Source: a bacterium
GTDB lineage: Bacteria > Patescibacteriota > Minisyncoccia > UBA6257 > GWB1-50-10
DNA length: 64,000 bases
Assembly (NCBI GenBank): GCA_021813265.1
Contig: JAKALF010000001.1
Span: forward strand, 2,548 to 66,547
Direction of reading: 5' to 3'
This document shows, one piece after another, positions 47,564-57,944 of the stretch (within the stretch, counting starts at the first letter, position 1; each line of letters opens with the position of its first letter). The translations under genes were made by a program, and so were the position numbers. A model generated the notes under the pieces. The model was not told where the DNA came from, searched no databases, and saw only the letters and a program-made list of their open reading frames with translations.

Positions 47564-48867
47564 GATCCTCTTTTTTTAAATGATAAAAGAAATCCTATGG
47601 AAATCCACATCATAAGTTCCCCCGCGGGAAGATCCCACATAAAATGATCAAAAAGGCCGAATAATAAAAAAGAGACGGCTATAAGGGAAAAAACAAAAAA
47701 CGCCATGTTTTTTATATTTCTAGATTCAAAAAATAGAAAAAAGAGGAAGAGGAGAAAGGTAATGAGACCTAACACTCCGATCTCCGAGGCGATAAGAATG
47801 TAGAGGTTGTGAACCGGCTGCCACAACCACCAGGTTGAAAATCCCTTTTTCTGGTAGAGGTTTTGAGAAACGGCCTGAGAAACTTCATTTCCAACGCCAA
47901 CACCCAGAGGATGATCTTTTATAAGCTCAATCCCTATAGCGTTATACAAAACCCTGTTATCAACCGAGGGCTCTCCCGGAATAAATCCCGCTCGAGGAAC
48001 AATAGCCCATCCGAGAATCATGAAGATGATTCCTATATACACCAAAAGAACGGAGAGTAATGATAGCGCGTTTTTTCTGAACTGAGATTTCCAAAAAGCG
48101 TATATGAGGAGAATAAGGGTTGTGATAATCGCGACAATCCATCCCGAACGAGAAAAGGTGGTTATAAGGCCAAGAAAAACAATGAATATCCCCGTTAAAG
48201 AAAGGACTCTGCTCCAAAAACCTTTTAATCCGTGTCCCTCTTCCGAGAGAAAAAGATAAAAAAGACATAAGAGACCTATACCAAGAAAAGCTCCTAAAAT
48301 ATTCGCGTGAGGGAGGGTCCCGTACGCTCTCAAGAGGGGTTCTCCTCCAATAAATACGCGCGCGACGCCCTTGGTCGCTGGAGTTATAACCGACTCCCCC
48401 AACAATCTTAGACCGACACTCGATCCCTTAAGAAACTGAAAGAATCCGACAATAGACTGAAAAACCGCTGAAACTGACATAGTGGAAAAGATTGTCTTAA
48501 AACCAACCAATCCTTTTTGTATAAAAAAGGAGAGGGAAAGAGTCGTCATGGCGTACAAGAACACGCGAATCGCGTGATACAACGCGAGACCGGCATCAGA
48601 AGCGAATCCTACTGAAAAAAACACGAGGACAAGAAAAAAAGCGAGTGCTTTTCCCGAAGTCGAGTCTAGCGCCCTTTTTAACGATCCTCCTTCCAAAAAG
48701 AAGAGGGTGATCAGCAACACGCAAATAATGTCGGTGAAGTAAAAAAATACTGAAAAATATTCATTAACATGAGGAGAAAAAGAAAAAAGAAATTTTTTAG
48801 CGTTAAAGGAAGTAAAAAAAATCAGAAGAACGCTGAGTATTCCCGCGAGATTTTTTCTCCTTGTCAT
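47560..48867 (-). CDS. O-antigen ligase / Wzy-like polymerase family membrane protein
   Basis: 435 aa, about 10-12 TM helices with a large periplasmic loop. Confidence 0.45.
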   Translation of the reverse strand: MTRRKNLAGILSVLLIFFTSFNAKKFLFSFSPHVNEYFSVFFYFTDIICVLLITLFFLEGGSLKRALDSTSGKALAFFLVLVFFSVGFASDAGLALYHAIRVFLYAMTTLSLSFFIQKGLVGFKTIFSTMSVSAVFQSIVGFFQFLKGSSVGLRLLGESVITPATKGVARVFIGGEPLLRAYGTLPHANILGAFLGIGLLCLFYLFLSEEGHGLKGFWSRVLSLTGIFIVFLGLITTFSRSGWIVAIITTLILLIYAFWKSQFRKNALSLLSVLLVYIGIIFMILGWAIVPRAGFIPGEPSVDNRVLYNAIGIELIKDHPLGVGVGNEVSQAVSQNLYQKKGFSTWWLWQPVHNLYILIASEIGVLGLITFLLFLFFLFFESRNIKNMAFFVFSLIAVSFLLFGLFDHFMWDLPAGELMMWISIGFLLSFKKRGS

Positions 48868-48869
48868 AT

Positions 48870-50225
48870 CTAAAGTTCTACAACATCCCCGGACTTAGGA
48901 ACAGAAGTGTAAACCCCAAGATCGGCTTTTGCTTTTCTGGCAAGCTCTGAAGCTTCATTGCTTTCGCCTTGAACCACGAACACCCGCTTCACGGTATCCT
49001 TCATGGCGTTTATCCATTGAAGAAGCTGGGGCTGATCGGCGTGTCCGGAATACCCGCCAATAGATTTTACCTTCGCGAGAACAGGTATATTCTCTCCTAA
49101 AATAGTCACGAATTTTTCTCCATCGAGAATTTTTCTCCCTAAGGAGCCCTCGGCCTGATATCCAACGAACAAAATGGCGTTTTGGGGATCTGAAAGATAC
49201 CGCTTCTCGTGATGAATGACGCGTCCTCCGTGAGACATCCCCGATCCGGCGATAATAATCTTGGGCGGAAGAACGCTCGCTATAGCCATTGACTCTTGAC
49301 GCGTAAGGCAGAGGGAAAGTCCGGGAAAATTAAAAATCGCGTCTCCTCCTTTTATTTGGGAGATGGTTTCGTCTTTAAAATACATGGGATTTTTAGAATA
49401 TTTCTGATATACAGCCGTAAGTTTTATAGCAAGAGGACTGTCAATGAAAACAGGGATCCTTGAAACGCGCTTTTGTTCGACAAGATTGTTCATGAGATAA
49501 ATCATCTCCTGGGTGCGTTCAAGCGCAAACGCCGGAATAATAACCACTCCCTTATCGCGCACGACTTCTTTTATCGTCGTCTCAATCAGCTCTTCCCTAC
49601 TATCGGATCCCTCATGCACCCTTCCTCCGTACACGGATTCGATAAGGGCGTAATCGACATTCTCTATATATTCCGTTCCTTTTATAAAAGGCGTGGGAAT
49701 GTTTCCTAAATCGCCGCTAAAAACTATGGTTTTCCCCTCAGTTTTTATCACAACCGAAGCGGACCCCAAAACGTGCCCCGCGTTTATAAACGTAATCTCA
49801 AAAGGGCCAATTGAAAAAGATTGGCGATAAGGAATGCCATCCCACAATGAACGCATGCGCTCAACATCAGATTCATCATACATGGTCTCTCTTTTAGAGC
49901 GCTCGGCTTCTTTCCTTAAAATGTGCTGAGAATCAAGAAGAAGCATTTCAGCGAAATCTCTTGTCGGAGGAGTGGAATATATTCGTCCTTTAAATCCACA
50001 TTTTACAAGCTGAGGAAGCCTTCCTGTGTGATCAATGTGCGCGTGAGTCACGAAAACAGCGGATATTTCTTCGGGGTTATAAGAAAAAGGATTAAAGTTA
50101 TCAATCTCGCAAAAAACTCCTCCTTGCTTCAAGCCGCAATCAACAAGGATTTTTACTCCTCCGGATTCAAGCATATAGTTCGCTCCCGTAACGGATTCGG
50201 CGCCTCCAAAGAATGTAAGCTTCAT
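48870..50225 (-). CDS. MBL-fold beta-CASP RNA-metabolising hydrolase
   Basis: HAHIDHTG motif and beta-CASP motifs, 451 aa. Confidence 0.65.
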   Translation of the reverse strand: MKLTFFGGAESVTGANYMLESGGVKILVDCGLKQGGVFCEIDNFNPFSYNPEEISAVFVTHAHIDHTGRLPQLVKCGFKGRIYSTPPTRDFAEMLLLDSQHILRKEAERSKRETMYDESDVERMRSLWDGIPYRQSFSIGPFEITFINAGHVLGSASVVIKTEGKTIVFSGDLGNIPTPFIKGTEYIENVDYALIESVYGGRVHEGSDSREELIETTIKEVVRDKGVVIIPAFALERTQEMIYLMNNLVEQKRVSRIPVFIDSPLAIKLTAVYQKYSKNPMYFKDETISQIKGGDAIFNFPGLSLCLTRQESMAIASVLPPKIIIAGSGMSHGGRVIHHEKRYLSDPQNAILFVGYQAEGSLGRKILDGEKFVTILGENIPVLAKVKSIGGYSGHADQPQLLQWINAMKDTVKRVFVVQGESNEASELARKAKADLGVYTSVPKSGDVVEL

Positions 50226-50318
50226 AGTAACTTCAGTATATCAGGATATGAAACGCGCGTGAGATTGACATTTTATATTTTTTAGTATACATTTTAAAAT
50301 AGTAATATTGGAGGCAAC

Positions 50319-50510
50319 ATGAGAGTGCTAAAACTTGACGACCAAAGAGTCGTCATAACGGTGGGAGGAAAGGATGTCACGTACGTAAAAAATGGCAATG
50401 ATGTCCAAATAACCTCTAAGGAGTCGGGATTTTTCTCTAAAAAAGATTTTGGTATATCAAAATCTTTGGCAAAGAAAATCCTTTTCCCAAAAATCACTCG
50501 TTCGTTTTAA
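50319..50510 (+). CDS. hypothetical small protein (63 aa)
   Basis: RBS GGAGG 7 nt upstream, a promoter-like TTGACA-17-TACATT upstream, and a terminator downstream. Confidence 0.35.
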   Translation: MRVLKLDDQRVVITVGGKDVTYVKNGNDVQITSKESGFFSKKDFGISKSLAKKILFPKITRSF

Positions 50511-51799
50511 GAGCCCCATTCCAATCTTTGGGCTCTTTTTTCTTTTAAGACTTCCTCCACCATCTCCCGCTCATTCCAGGGAATAGTCTCTCCATGAGCC
50601 ATGTGAATGAATGACTCGCTTCCCTTTCCTGAAAACACTATCGCGTCCCCGCTTTTAGCGAGAGATACGGCTTTTCTAATAGCCTCTTTTCTATCTAAGA
50701 TTTCATATATGTTGTTTTGAGGAAAATCTTTAGAGATTCCGGACCGTACGGCACGAATAATTTCCAAAGGATCTTCGTCGTAAGGATCTTCGTTCGTGAG
50801 AACAATACATGAGCAATACTTCCCGGCGATTTCTCCCATCGCGGGACGTTTCCACTTGTCCCTCCCCCCTCCCGCGGAACCTAAAACACCTATTAAACCC
50901 GCTCCTTTTTTCATATATTCATTTTGTATGGTCTCGTATATGCTCCGAAGCGAGTCTGGAGTATGGGCGTAATCAACGACGGCGATAAAAGGTTCTCTTT
51001 GGATAAAATCCATGCGTCCTGGAATTCCTTTAAAGGCGTTGAACGCTTGATATATGCGTTCGTCTGAAACGCCCAATAAACGCCCTATTTGAAACGCGAG
51101 CGCCATATTGTCTTTGTAAAAATCACCTTTTATAAGATCGTTCTTGATGGGTTTCTCTTTAAAAATATCCCGAGAAAAGGTTCTCGCTTCTTTCAATTTT
51201 TCTTTAAAAAACTCGTAGCGCGCGTCGTATATATTTAAAAATACGTGAGCACCCCTCCGAGCCGCGTAGTTGAGAAAAGAACGTTTCGCGTCGCGATATT
51301 TTTCAAACGACCCATGGGCTTCTATGTGTTCCGGAGCAAGATTTGTAAGAGCGGCAACAGTCCAGGGAATAAACCGGTGACGTGAAAGCGCGATGCCTTG
51401 GGACGTGACTTCAATAATGGCGTGCGTGCACGTTTCTTGTTCGGCCTGTTTTAAAAAGTTCTGGATAAAAAAATGTCCGGGCATTGAATTTCCTAACGTG
51501 TTTTTCTCGCTCTTTTCTCCAAGCTTCACGCGCAACGATGAGAGGAGGGCTGTTTTTTTCCCTTCCATTTCAAGAATGGCGTTTACGAGCTCAACAGTCG
51601 TTGTCTTCCCCTTGGTCCCCGTTATTCCAATCACACAAAGCTTTCTTCCTGGAAAACGGTACAGAAGAGAACCGAAAAGAGCGAGACTAAAATGGTACGC
51701 CTTAGGAGCCCATGAAACGCGATATAGAAGTTTAAATAAAGGAAACTTCTTTATACGAGAAAGGATCAAATGCGTAACGTTCCATACGGATGATTTCAT
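50507..51799 (-). CDS. Mur ligase family protein (MurE-like)
   Basis: GITGTKGKTTT P-loop and DYAHTPDSL motif. Confidence 0.55.
   Translation of the reverse strand: MKSSVWNVTHLILSRIKKFPLFKLLYRVSWAPKAYHFSLALFGSLLYRFPGRKLCVIGITGTKGKTTTVELVNAILEMEGKKTALLSSLRVKLGEKSEKNTLGNSMPGHFFIQNFLKQAEQETCTHAIIEVTSQGIALSRHRFIPWTVAALTNLAPEHIEAHGSFEKYRDAKRSFLNYAARRGAHVFLNIYDARYEFFKEKLKEARTFSRDIFKEKPIKNDLIKGDFYKDNMALAFQIGRLLGVSDERIYQAFNAFKGIPGRMDFIQREPFIAVVDYAHTPDSLRSIYETIQNEYMKKGAGLIGVLGSAGGGRDKWKRPAMGEIAGKYCSCIVLTNEDPYDEDPLEIIRAVRSGISKDFPQNNIYEILDRKEAIRKAVSLAKSGDAIVFSGKGSESFIHMAHGETIPWNEREMVEEVLKEKRAQRLEWGS
50511..50542. terminator. bidirectional intrinsic terminator (gagcccca...tgggctc + T-run)
   Basis: Sequence inspection. 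Confidence 0.55.
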
Positions 51800-51804
51800 A
51801 TATC

Positions 51805-52380
51805 CTATGATTTCCCTAATTCCTTAAGAGCAAGCCTTAATCGTTCCTCTATGGACTTCTCTCTAGGAAGAGTCTGAATAATATCGCGAACATGGTTCCT
51901 CGAATACCCTAAATCCACGAGAGCGTCTTCAATATCTTTATCTTGTCGAGCGTTCCTGGTTTCTCCCCTCATGTCAAAAAGTTTGGTTTTAGCGTGAAGT
52001 TCAAGAACAATGCGCTCGGCGGTCTTTTTTCCAACCCCCGGGGCTCGGGACAAAAGATCCGCTCGTTTTTCAAGAATGGCCGCGGTGATATTGGGAACCG
52101 TATCAATATCCAAAACCCCAAGAGCAGTTTTGGGACCAACGCCGCTTACGGTTCTTAAAAGCTCAAAAAGCGTCAGAGTCTCTTCTCCAAGAAATCCGTA
52201 GAGTTCCATCTGTTCTTCTCTTATATAAAGATGGGAGAAGATAAAAACGGATTGTCCCAGCGAAGGAAGTTTTGAAAGCGTGCTTTTATTCCCGAAAATC
52301 TTGTACCCCACGCCCCCGCACTCAACTACAAAAAAGGTGTCTCCTTTTTTAATAAGTTTCCCGGAAAGAGAGTGGATCAT
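51805..52380 (-). CDS. ruvA: Holliday junction branch migration protein RuvA
   Basis: 191 aa with an OB domain and two HhH motifs (GVGPKTA...; APGVGKKTAERI). Confidence 0.85.
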   Translation of the reverse strand: MIHSLSGKLIKKGDTFFVVECGGVGYKIFGNKSTLSKLPSLGQSVFIFSHLYIREEQMELYGFLGEETLTLFELLRTVSGVGPKTALGVLDIDTVPNITAAILEKRADLLSRAPGVGKKTAERIVLELHAKTKLFDMRGETRNARQDKDIEDALVDLGYSRNHVRDIIQTLPREKSIEERLRLALKELGKS

Positions 52381-52458
52381 ATAACGCTATTGTAGAACGT
52401 AATGGGGTAATAAACAATTGACAACGGAGGTGTAGTCGTCTAATCTAAACCCCATACT

Positions 52459-52701
52459 ATGCCTAACACAAAAACAGCAAAAAAAGCTTTGCGACAAAAT
52501 ATTCGCAGGAGAAAAATGAATCTTGATCGTCAAAAGAAAATGAAAGAAACGATCAAAAGTTTCAAAAAATCTCCGAGTTCCGAGAAACTCAAAGAAACAT
52601 ATAAGACGCTTGATAGGATGGCTAAAACGGGGGTTATAAAAAAGAATAAGGCGAATAGACTTAAATCAAGGCTTTCAAAGAAAATAAAAAACACCTCGTA
52701 A
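52459..52701 (+). CDS. rpsT: 30S ribosomal protein S20
   Basis: MPNTKTAKKALRQNIRRR... is typical of S20. Confidence 0.85.
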   Translation: MPNTKTAKKALRQNIRRRKMNLDRQKKMKETIKSFKKSPSSEKLKETYKTLDRMAKTGVIKKNKANRLKSRLSKKIKNTS

Positions 52702-52714
52702 GAGGTGTTTTTAT
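52691..52714 (+). terminator. intrinsic terminator acacctc-gtaa-gaggtgt + T-run
   Basis: Sequence inspection. Confidence 0.55.
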
Positions 52715-53547
52715 CTCAAAACAAAATCAAGAAGCGCTTCCTCATATTCCAATCCCCCGCTTTTTACAGAAACATCGTAGCGAGAAAGAGAAACTAGGCT
52801 TTCTTCCCTGGCGTTGTAGGCCAATGAATTAAAAACATACGCGGGATCTTCATTTTGAGAGAACGCTTTCTCCAACATACCCACTCTCTCTTTCCAGCTC
52901 TTTGAACTCAAAATCCCGCGAGTAAGGACATATACCTCGTCACGGGAAAACCAGTGAGTTGTTTCTTTAACTAACGAAAGGGAAATTTCTTTTTCTCCAG
53001 AAATGGGAGCGAGTTTTTCTAACGTTTTTATTCCCAACCAAACGCTGTGCTCGCTCGAGATTTTTTTTGAAAGGAATTCTCCTCCTTCTAAAACATAGAC
53101 CATAAAGAAACTCCACGCCGGCTGAGAAAAGGAAATTCCGAAATCTTTGGCTTTTTTCTTTAAAAACGCTTGAAGTTTTACTCCCTCAAGCTTTTCAAAT
53201 TCCTGAGATAGTATGGGTTTTTTAAGGAGAAATGAAAACGCTTTTTTGGGAGGTTTTAGGTCGGAAATAATAATAAAGGCATTCTTGTTTTCAATATAGA
53301 ATTTCAGTACCGCTATCCATTCCTTGGAGTCGGGGGTGGTTGCCTCCCGAATAACCGCGCATTTAACAGACTGAAACATAGACGGTTGTTCAAGAAAATC
53401 CCTCGCTTCAATCCAACCATCACCCTCTTCTTCAAAATCAAAATGACGCAAATCCATGGAGGGGTTCTTTTGTTTGTACGAACAAAGAAGATCTTTTAAT
53501 TTTTCTCCTCTCCTATATGAATCGGGTCCGTAGAGATAGACGATCAT
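52711..53547 (-). CDS. DNA polymerase III delta subunit (HolA)-like
   Basis: N-terminal MIVYLYGPDSYRRGEKL pattern as in HolA, 278 aa. Confidence 0.4.
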   Translation of the reverse strand: MIVYLYGPDSYRRGEKLKDLLCSYKQKNPSMDLRHFDFEEEGDGWIEARDFLEQPSMFQSVKCAVIREATTPDSKEWIAVLKFYIENKNAFIIISDLKPPKKAFSFLLKKPILSQEFEKLEGVKLQAFLKKKAKDFGISFSQPAWSFFMVYVLEGGEFLSKKISSEHSVWLGIKTLEKLAPISGEKEISLSLVKETTHWFSRDEVYVLTRGILSSKSWKERVGMLEKAFSQNEDPAYVFNSLAYNAREESLVSLSRYDVSVKSGGLEYEEALLDFVLR

Positions 53548-53592
53548 GAGGTTAGTATATAAAAAAGGGCGCCCGTGTGCTAGGCGCCGAAA

Positions 53593-54012
53593 TTAATACC
53601 TTGGAAAATCGTACTTTTGAACATCCCAATAACTTTTATAGGACGTTCCACTGAAATAAAAGCTTCTGCTCGTTGCGGAGTAGAAAACCTTTTCTCCAGC
53701 TTTGGTGGTATACGCTCTAAGAGTAACCACCATACTCTCTTGTCCCCACACGCTCGTGGGAACAAATAAAACTGTACCGGGTTTTATATCCCCGAACGAT
53801 CTCGAGTAATTGCCGGTCACAATTACGTCAAGGGTTAAATCCTGGGTTGTATTGATTATCACAACCCCCTCTCTCCCGGAAAATCCGGGAAGATTGGACT
53901 CAACTTGGACGCGGCGCCCCATCTCATTCACGATGGCAACGGGAAGCGCGCATCCAAAAACAAAAAGGGATAACAAAGCGAAAATAACTATTCTCATCTT
54001 TTCCTCCTTCAT
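53593..54012 (-). CDS. hypothetical secreted protein
   Basis: Signal peptide, 139 aa. Confidence 0.3.
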   Translation of the reverse strand: MKEEKMRIVIFALLSLFVFGCALPVAIVNEMGRRVQVESNLPGFSGREGVVIINTTQDLTLDVIVTGNYSRSFGDIKPGTVLFVPTSVWGQESMVVTLRAYTTKAGEKVFYSATSRSFYFSGTSYKSYWDVQKYDFPRY

Positions 54013-54401
54013 TTCAAGTAGATTTTCTTGTTATCGCGAGCGATAACAAGAACCATTGAGTTTCCCACGCGCGGCGCGCGCTCAAACAGCTCCCTTGGGA
54101 GTCCGTAGGTCTGAACGTCTTTTTTTGAATCAACCGTCATCAGGTTGTAGTATTTGGTGGTTGTTGTATCAACCGCAATGACGGAAACTACCTCCCCTTC
54201 TGTTAGGCTTTCAACGCCTAACGGGTTTTCTAATTCTGGGATTAAAACCAGAATCAGTAGTAGTAAAAGAATAATACTACCTAAAGAACCTACAATACTA
54301 AAAAAGAAATTTTCAGGATTATCAGCAGCATTACAAAAAAGGACGGTAGAACAAATAATAAGAAGAATAGTGAAAATAAGAATAACTACTATACCGGTCA
54401 T
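54009..54401 (-). CDS. hypothetical membrane protein
   Basis: Two TM helices. Confidence 0.3.
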   Translation of the reverse strand: MTGIVVILIFTILLIICSTVLFCNAADNPENFFFSIVGSLGSIILLLLLILVLIPELENPLGVESLTEGEVVSVIAVDTTTTKYYNLMTVDSKKDVQTYGLPRELFERAPRVGNSMVLVIARDNKKIYLK

Positions 54402-54528
54402 AAAGCCTCCTATATGTTAAAGTTAATACTGATGTAGATAATAGCATATATGATAGAAAATGTCAATCAACGCAAAGATTGGGTATTCCCATTGTTGCTT
54501 CTCGCGTTACGTTCTACAATAAGGATGC

Positions 54529-56202
54529 ATGTTTAAAGGAAAAAACGATCTTGAGGAAAAACTGTCGGCCCAAAGAAAACTAGCCGAAGAAAATGACGCC
54601 AAACGAAGAGCCGCGCAATATAATTTCCCCTATCTGAATCTCGTTTCAACGAAAGCCCCAACCGAGATGCGGGCGCTTGAGCTTGTTTCGGAAGAAACGG
54701 CGAAAAAAGCGAAGATCGCCCCCCTCCAGGAAATACGGAAAAAACTTGTAATCGCTGTTTTTAATCCCAGCTTTCCGGAAACCCAAAAAATCTTGGAAGA
54801 CCTCAAAAAAAAATTCGAACTTGAGATTTTTATATCCTCCCTTTCTGGCTTGGAACACGCCTGGGAATATTACGCGTTCGCGTCAGAAGAACAAAAAGAA
54901 ATCAGCGGAAAAATTGAAATAAACAACGAAAACCTTAAGAATCTCTCGGAAACAATCAGGGACTTTAAAAGCCTTGACGGTCTCTTCACTGGTCTCAAAA
55001 ACCCTCTTACCTCCCAACTTTTAGAAATTATTTTGGGCGGAGCTCTTGCCCTCAAGGCATCGGATATACATTTTGAACCCAAAGAAGAATCTCGAATTTT
55101 GCGTTTTAGAATTGACGGCCTTCTACATTCCGCGTATGAGGGATTTTCAGAAAACTCATACAAATCCATCGTGATGCGCATAAAACTCCTGTCGGGAATG
55201 AAACTTAATATCGTAAACGAAGCTCAAGACGGACGTTTCACGATAGATTTAAAGGATAGAGACATTGAAATACGAACCTCTATCATTCCTTCGGAATACG
55301 GGGAAACGGTTGTGATGCGTCTTTTAGATCCTTTGGCGCTTAAAACTAATTTAGAAGATTTAGGATGGAGGAAAGACGATCTTGATATCATTAAAAAAAT
55401 ACTTGCCGAACCTAATGGTCTTGTTCTAAACACGGGACCCACGGGATCGGGAAAAACAACAACCCTTTACGCTTTCTTGAAGCACGTTCAAAATCCTGAA
55501 ATAAAGATCATAACTATTGAGGACCCCATTGAATATCATCTTAATGGAATATCCCAAACTCAAGTGAATAACGCGGCGCGCTACACGTTCGCGAGCGGAT
55601 TAAGATCCATACTAAGACAAGATCCCGATGTCGTGCTTGTCGGAGAAATTAGAGACACGGAAACCGCGGAAATCGCTTTAAACGCTTCCCTTACGGGACA
55701 TATGGTTTTCTCAACGCTTCACACGAACGACGCTGTGGGAGCGATCCCACGTCTCTTGGATCTTGGGATAAAAACCCAAACGCTGGGCCCCGCCCTCACG
55801 CTTGTCATAGCCCAGCGTCTCGTGCGCGTTCTCTGTCCTCACTGTAAAGAAAAAATGGAAACACAAGAAGATCTTAAAATGAAAATACAAAGGTTTGTGG
55901 AAAACCTTCCCGCCAGAGTTGATAAATCACCCTTTAAAACCTTTGAGGTGTTTAAACCTCATGGATGCCCCGAGTGCGGGGGGTTGGGATACAGAGGAAG
56001 GACATCGATATTTGAGCTCTTCGTAATAGATGAAAATCTGGAGCAAGCGATCTATAAAACCCCCAATGAGATAGAACTTAAAAACTTGGCAAAAGGGCAA
56101 GGTATGACTACAATGCAAGAAGACGGTATTCTAAAAGTCCTCAAGGGAATTACGAGTATGGAAGAGGTCCAAAGACTCACGGGAGAAATTGATTGGAAAT
56201 AA
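54529..56202 (+). CDS. GspE/PilB family secretion/type IV pilus assembly ATPase
   Basis: Walker A GPTGSGKTTT, Asp and His boxes, and tetracysteine CPHC...CPEC motif. Confidence 0.85.
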   Translation: MFKGKNDLEEKLSAQRKLAEENDAKRRAAQYNFPYLNLVSTKAPTEMRALELVSEETAKKAKIAPLQEIRKKLVIAVFNPSFPETQKILEDLKKKFELEIFISSLSGLEHAWEYYAFASEEQKEISGKIEINNENLKNLSETIRDFKSLDGLFTGLKNPLTSQLLEIILGGALALKASDIHFEPKEESRILRFRIDGLLHSAYEGFSENSYKSIVMRIKLLSGMKLNIVNEAQDGRFTIDLKDRDIEIRTSIIPSEYGETVVMRLLDPLALKTNLEDLGWRKDDLDIIKKILAEPNGLVLNTGPTGSGKTTTLYAFLKHVQNPEIKIITIEDPIEYHLNGISQTQVNNAARYTFASGLRSILRQDPDVVLVGEIRDTETAEIALNASLTGHMVFSTLHTNDAVGAIPRLLDLGIKTQTLGPALTLVIAQRLVRVLCPHCKEKMETQEDLKMKIQRFVENLPARVDKSPFKTFEVFKPHGCPECGGLGYRGRTSIFELFVIDENLEQAIYKTPNEIELKNLAKGQGMTTMQEDGILKVLKGITSMEEVQRLTGEIDWK

Positions 56203-56500
56203 TATTCTCTGAGAGGAAAATAAAATCCTGAGTTGGGGTCTGTGGGCACAAATGAGCCGAAAGCAGGCAAATTTTTAAAAGCTTTTCCGAACGCATCAGA
56301 AAAGACGAGATCTTTTCGAGGAGTGATCCAGCCGGAGCCAAATCATCCTTGTCATAAAAAGTATCCCTATTACCCACAGACCTCACATCAAGATTTCTAC
56401 GGAAAAGTCTATCACAAAACAAATATATTGTCAATAGCAAGTATGAGTCGCCAAAGAAGGATTATTTCATATCTAATTATTTTGTCAAGCCTATAAAACC

Positions 56501-57496
56501 ATGGGAAAAAAGAATGAAAAATCTGAGGAAATAAGTATTGATATAACTCTAAGACCGGACAGGTGGGATGAGTATGTTGGTCAAGAAAAGGTAAAAACCA
56601 ACCTTAGACTTATAATAGACGCCGCTAAAGGAAGGGGTGAAAACTGCGATCATCTTCTCTTCTATGGTCAGCCGGGTCTTGGAAAAACCACGCTCGCTTA
56701 TCTTATAGGAAAAGAAATGGGCGTTTCTATAAAATCCACATCGGGACCCGCTCTTGAAAAAACGGGCGACATTGCCGCGCTCCTCACGAACCTGGAACCA
56801 AACGACATATTATTTATAGACGAAGCTCATAGAATAAACAAAACCGTGGAAGAGGTATTATATCCAGCCATGGAAAGCAGGCAGCTTCATCTTATTATAG
56901 GAAAAGGTCCTTCCGCGAGAACCTTTTCTCTTGATCTTCCTCCTTTCACGATTATCGCGGCAACCACGAAAGCAAGCCTTATTTCAGCTCCCCTCAGATC
57001 AAGGTTTGGGGCAACGTTTAAGCTTGATTACTATAACGAATCCGATATTGAAAAAATCATAGAGCGATCGGCGAGGCTCTTAAAAATCGACATAACAAAA
57101 GAGGCTCGATTAAAACTCGGGAAAGCTTCCCGATTTACTCCCCGTGTGGCGAATAGACTCTTAAGACGCGCGAGAGATTACGCTCAGGTATACAAAAACG
57201 GAACTATAGACGATTCTTCCGCGCAAAAAACCCTGGAACTTCTTGAAATAGACGACTTGGGACTTGAGCGCGCCGATAAAGAACTTATTTCAGCCATCAT
57301 CAATAAATTTAATGGGGGTCCGGTTGGCCTTAAGGCTTTAGGGTCGGCTTTGAATGAAGAAATAGGAACTATAGAAGATGTCTACGAGCCTTTTCTTATG
57401 AAACTCGGTCTCATCCATAGAAGTCCGGGCGGACGCATAGCGACGGAACGCGCGTACGAACATTTTGGGACTAAAAACAAAAAGAGCATGGTCTAA
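56501..57496 (+). CDS. ruvB: Holliday junction DNA helicase RuvB
   Basis: GQPGLGKTTLA Walker A and sensor motifs, 331 aa. Confidence 0.9.
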   Translation: MGKKNEKSEEISIDITLRPDRWDEYVGQEKVKTNLRLIIDAAKGRGENCDHLLFYGQPGLGKTTLAYLIGKEMGVSIKSTSGPALEKTGDIAALLTNLEPNDILFIDEAHRINKTVEEVLYPAMESRQLHLIIGKGPSARTFSLDLPPFTIIAATTKASLISAPLRSRFGATFKLDYYNESDIEKIIERSARLLKIDITKEARLKLGKASRFTPRVANRLLRRARDYAQVYKNGTIDDSSAQKTLELLEIDDLGLERADKELISAIINKFNGGPVGLKALGSALNEEIGTIEDVYEPFLMKLGLIHRSPGGRIATERAYEHFGTKNKKSMV

Positions 57497-57944
57497 TATG
57501 ATAGTTAAAAGCCGGACAACGAAAGAAACAAGAGAGTTTGGAAAATTATTAGGAGAGACTCTCAAAGACGCGTTTTTCAACCAAGCTATTCTTATAACTC
57601 TATCAGGAAACCTGGGATCGGGGAAAACAACCCTCATACAAGGAATAGGGAGGGGGCTCGGAATAAAAAGGCAAATCACAAGTCCGACTTTTCTTATAAT
57701 GAGAAGTTACCCTTTTTCAAAAGAGAGGAAGTTATACCATATCGACGCGTACAGAATAGAAAACAAAAAAGACGCGGCTGTTATAGAAGGAGAAAAATCA
57801 ATCTTCAAAGACCCCTCAAACATTATCGTTATAGAGTGGCCGGAACGCGTACGCCACCTTCTTTTAAAAGAAAAAATTGTTATCATTCTCTCCCACGGAA
57901 AAAAAGAATTCGAGCGAACGATTGTTATACGAAAGAACGCATGA
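57465..57944 (+). CDS. tsaE: tRNA t6A37 biosynthesis protein TsaE
   Basis: LSGNLGSGKTTLIQGI P-loop, 159 aa. Confidence 0.75.
   Translation: MGLKTKRAWSNMIVKSRTTKETREFGKLLGETLKDAFFNQAILITLSGNLGSGKTTLIQGIGRGLGIKRQITSPTFLIMRSYPFSKERKLYHIDAYRIENKKDAAVIEGEKSIFKDPSNIIVIEWPERVRHLLLKEKIVIILSHGKKEFERTIVIRKNA

Noticed and set aside
57836-57940. Upstream extension of polA to 57836
   Set aside because: It would overlap tsaE by 109 nt in another frame. An ATG at 57941 with ATGA stop/start coupling and the conserved MKKFIIIDSHGL start is far more plausible.
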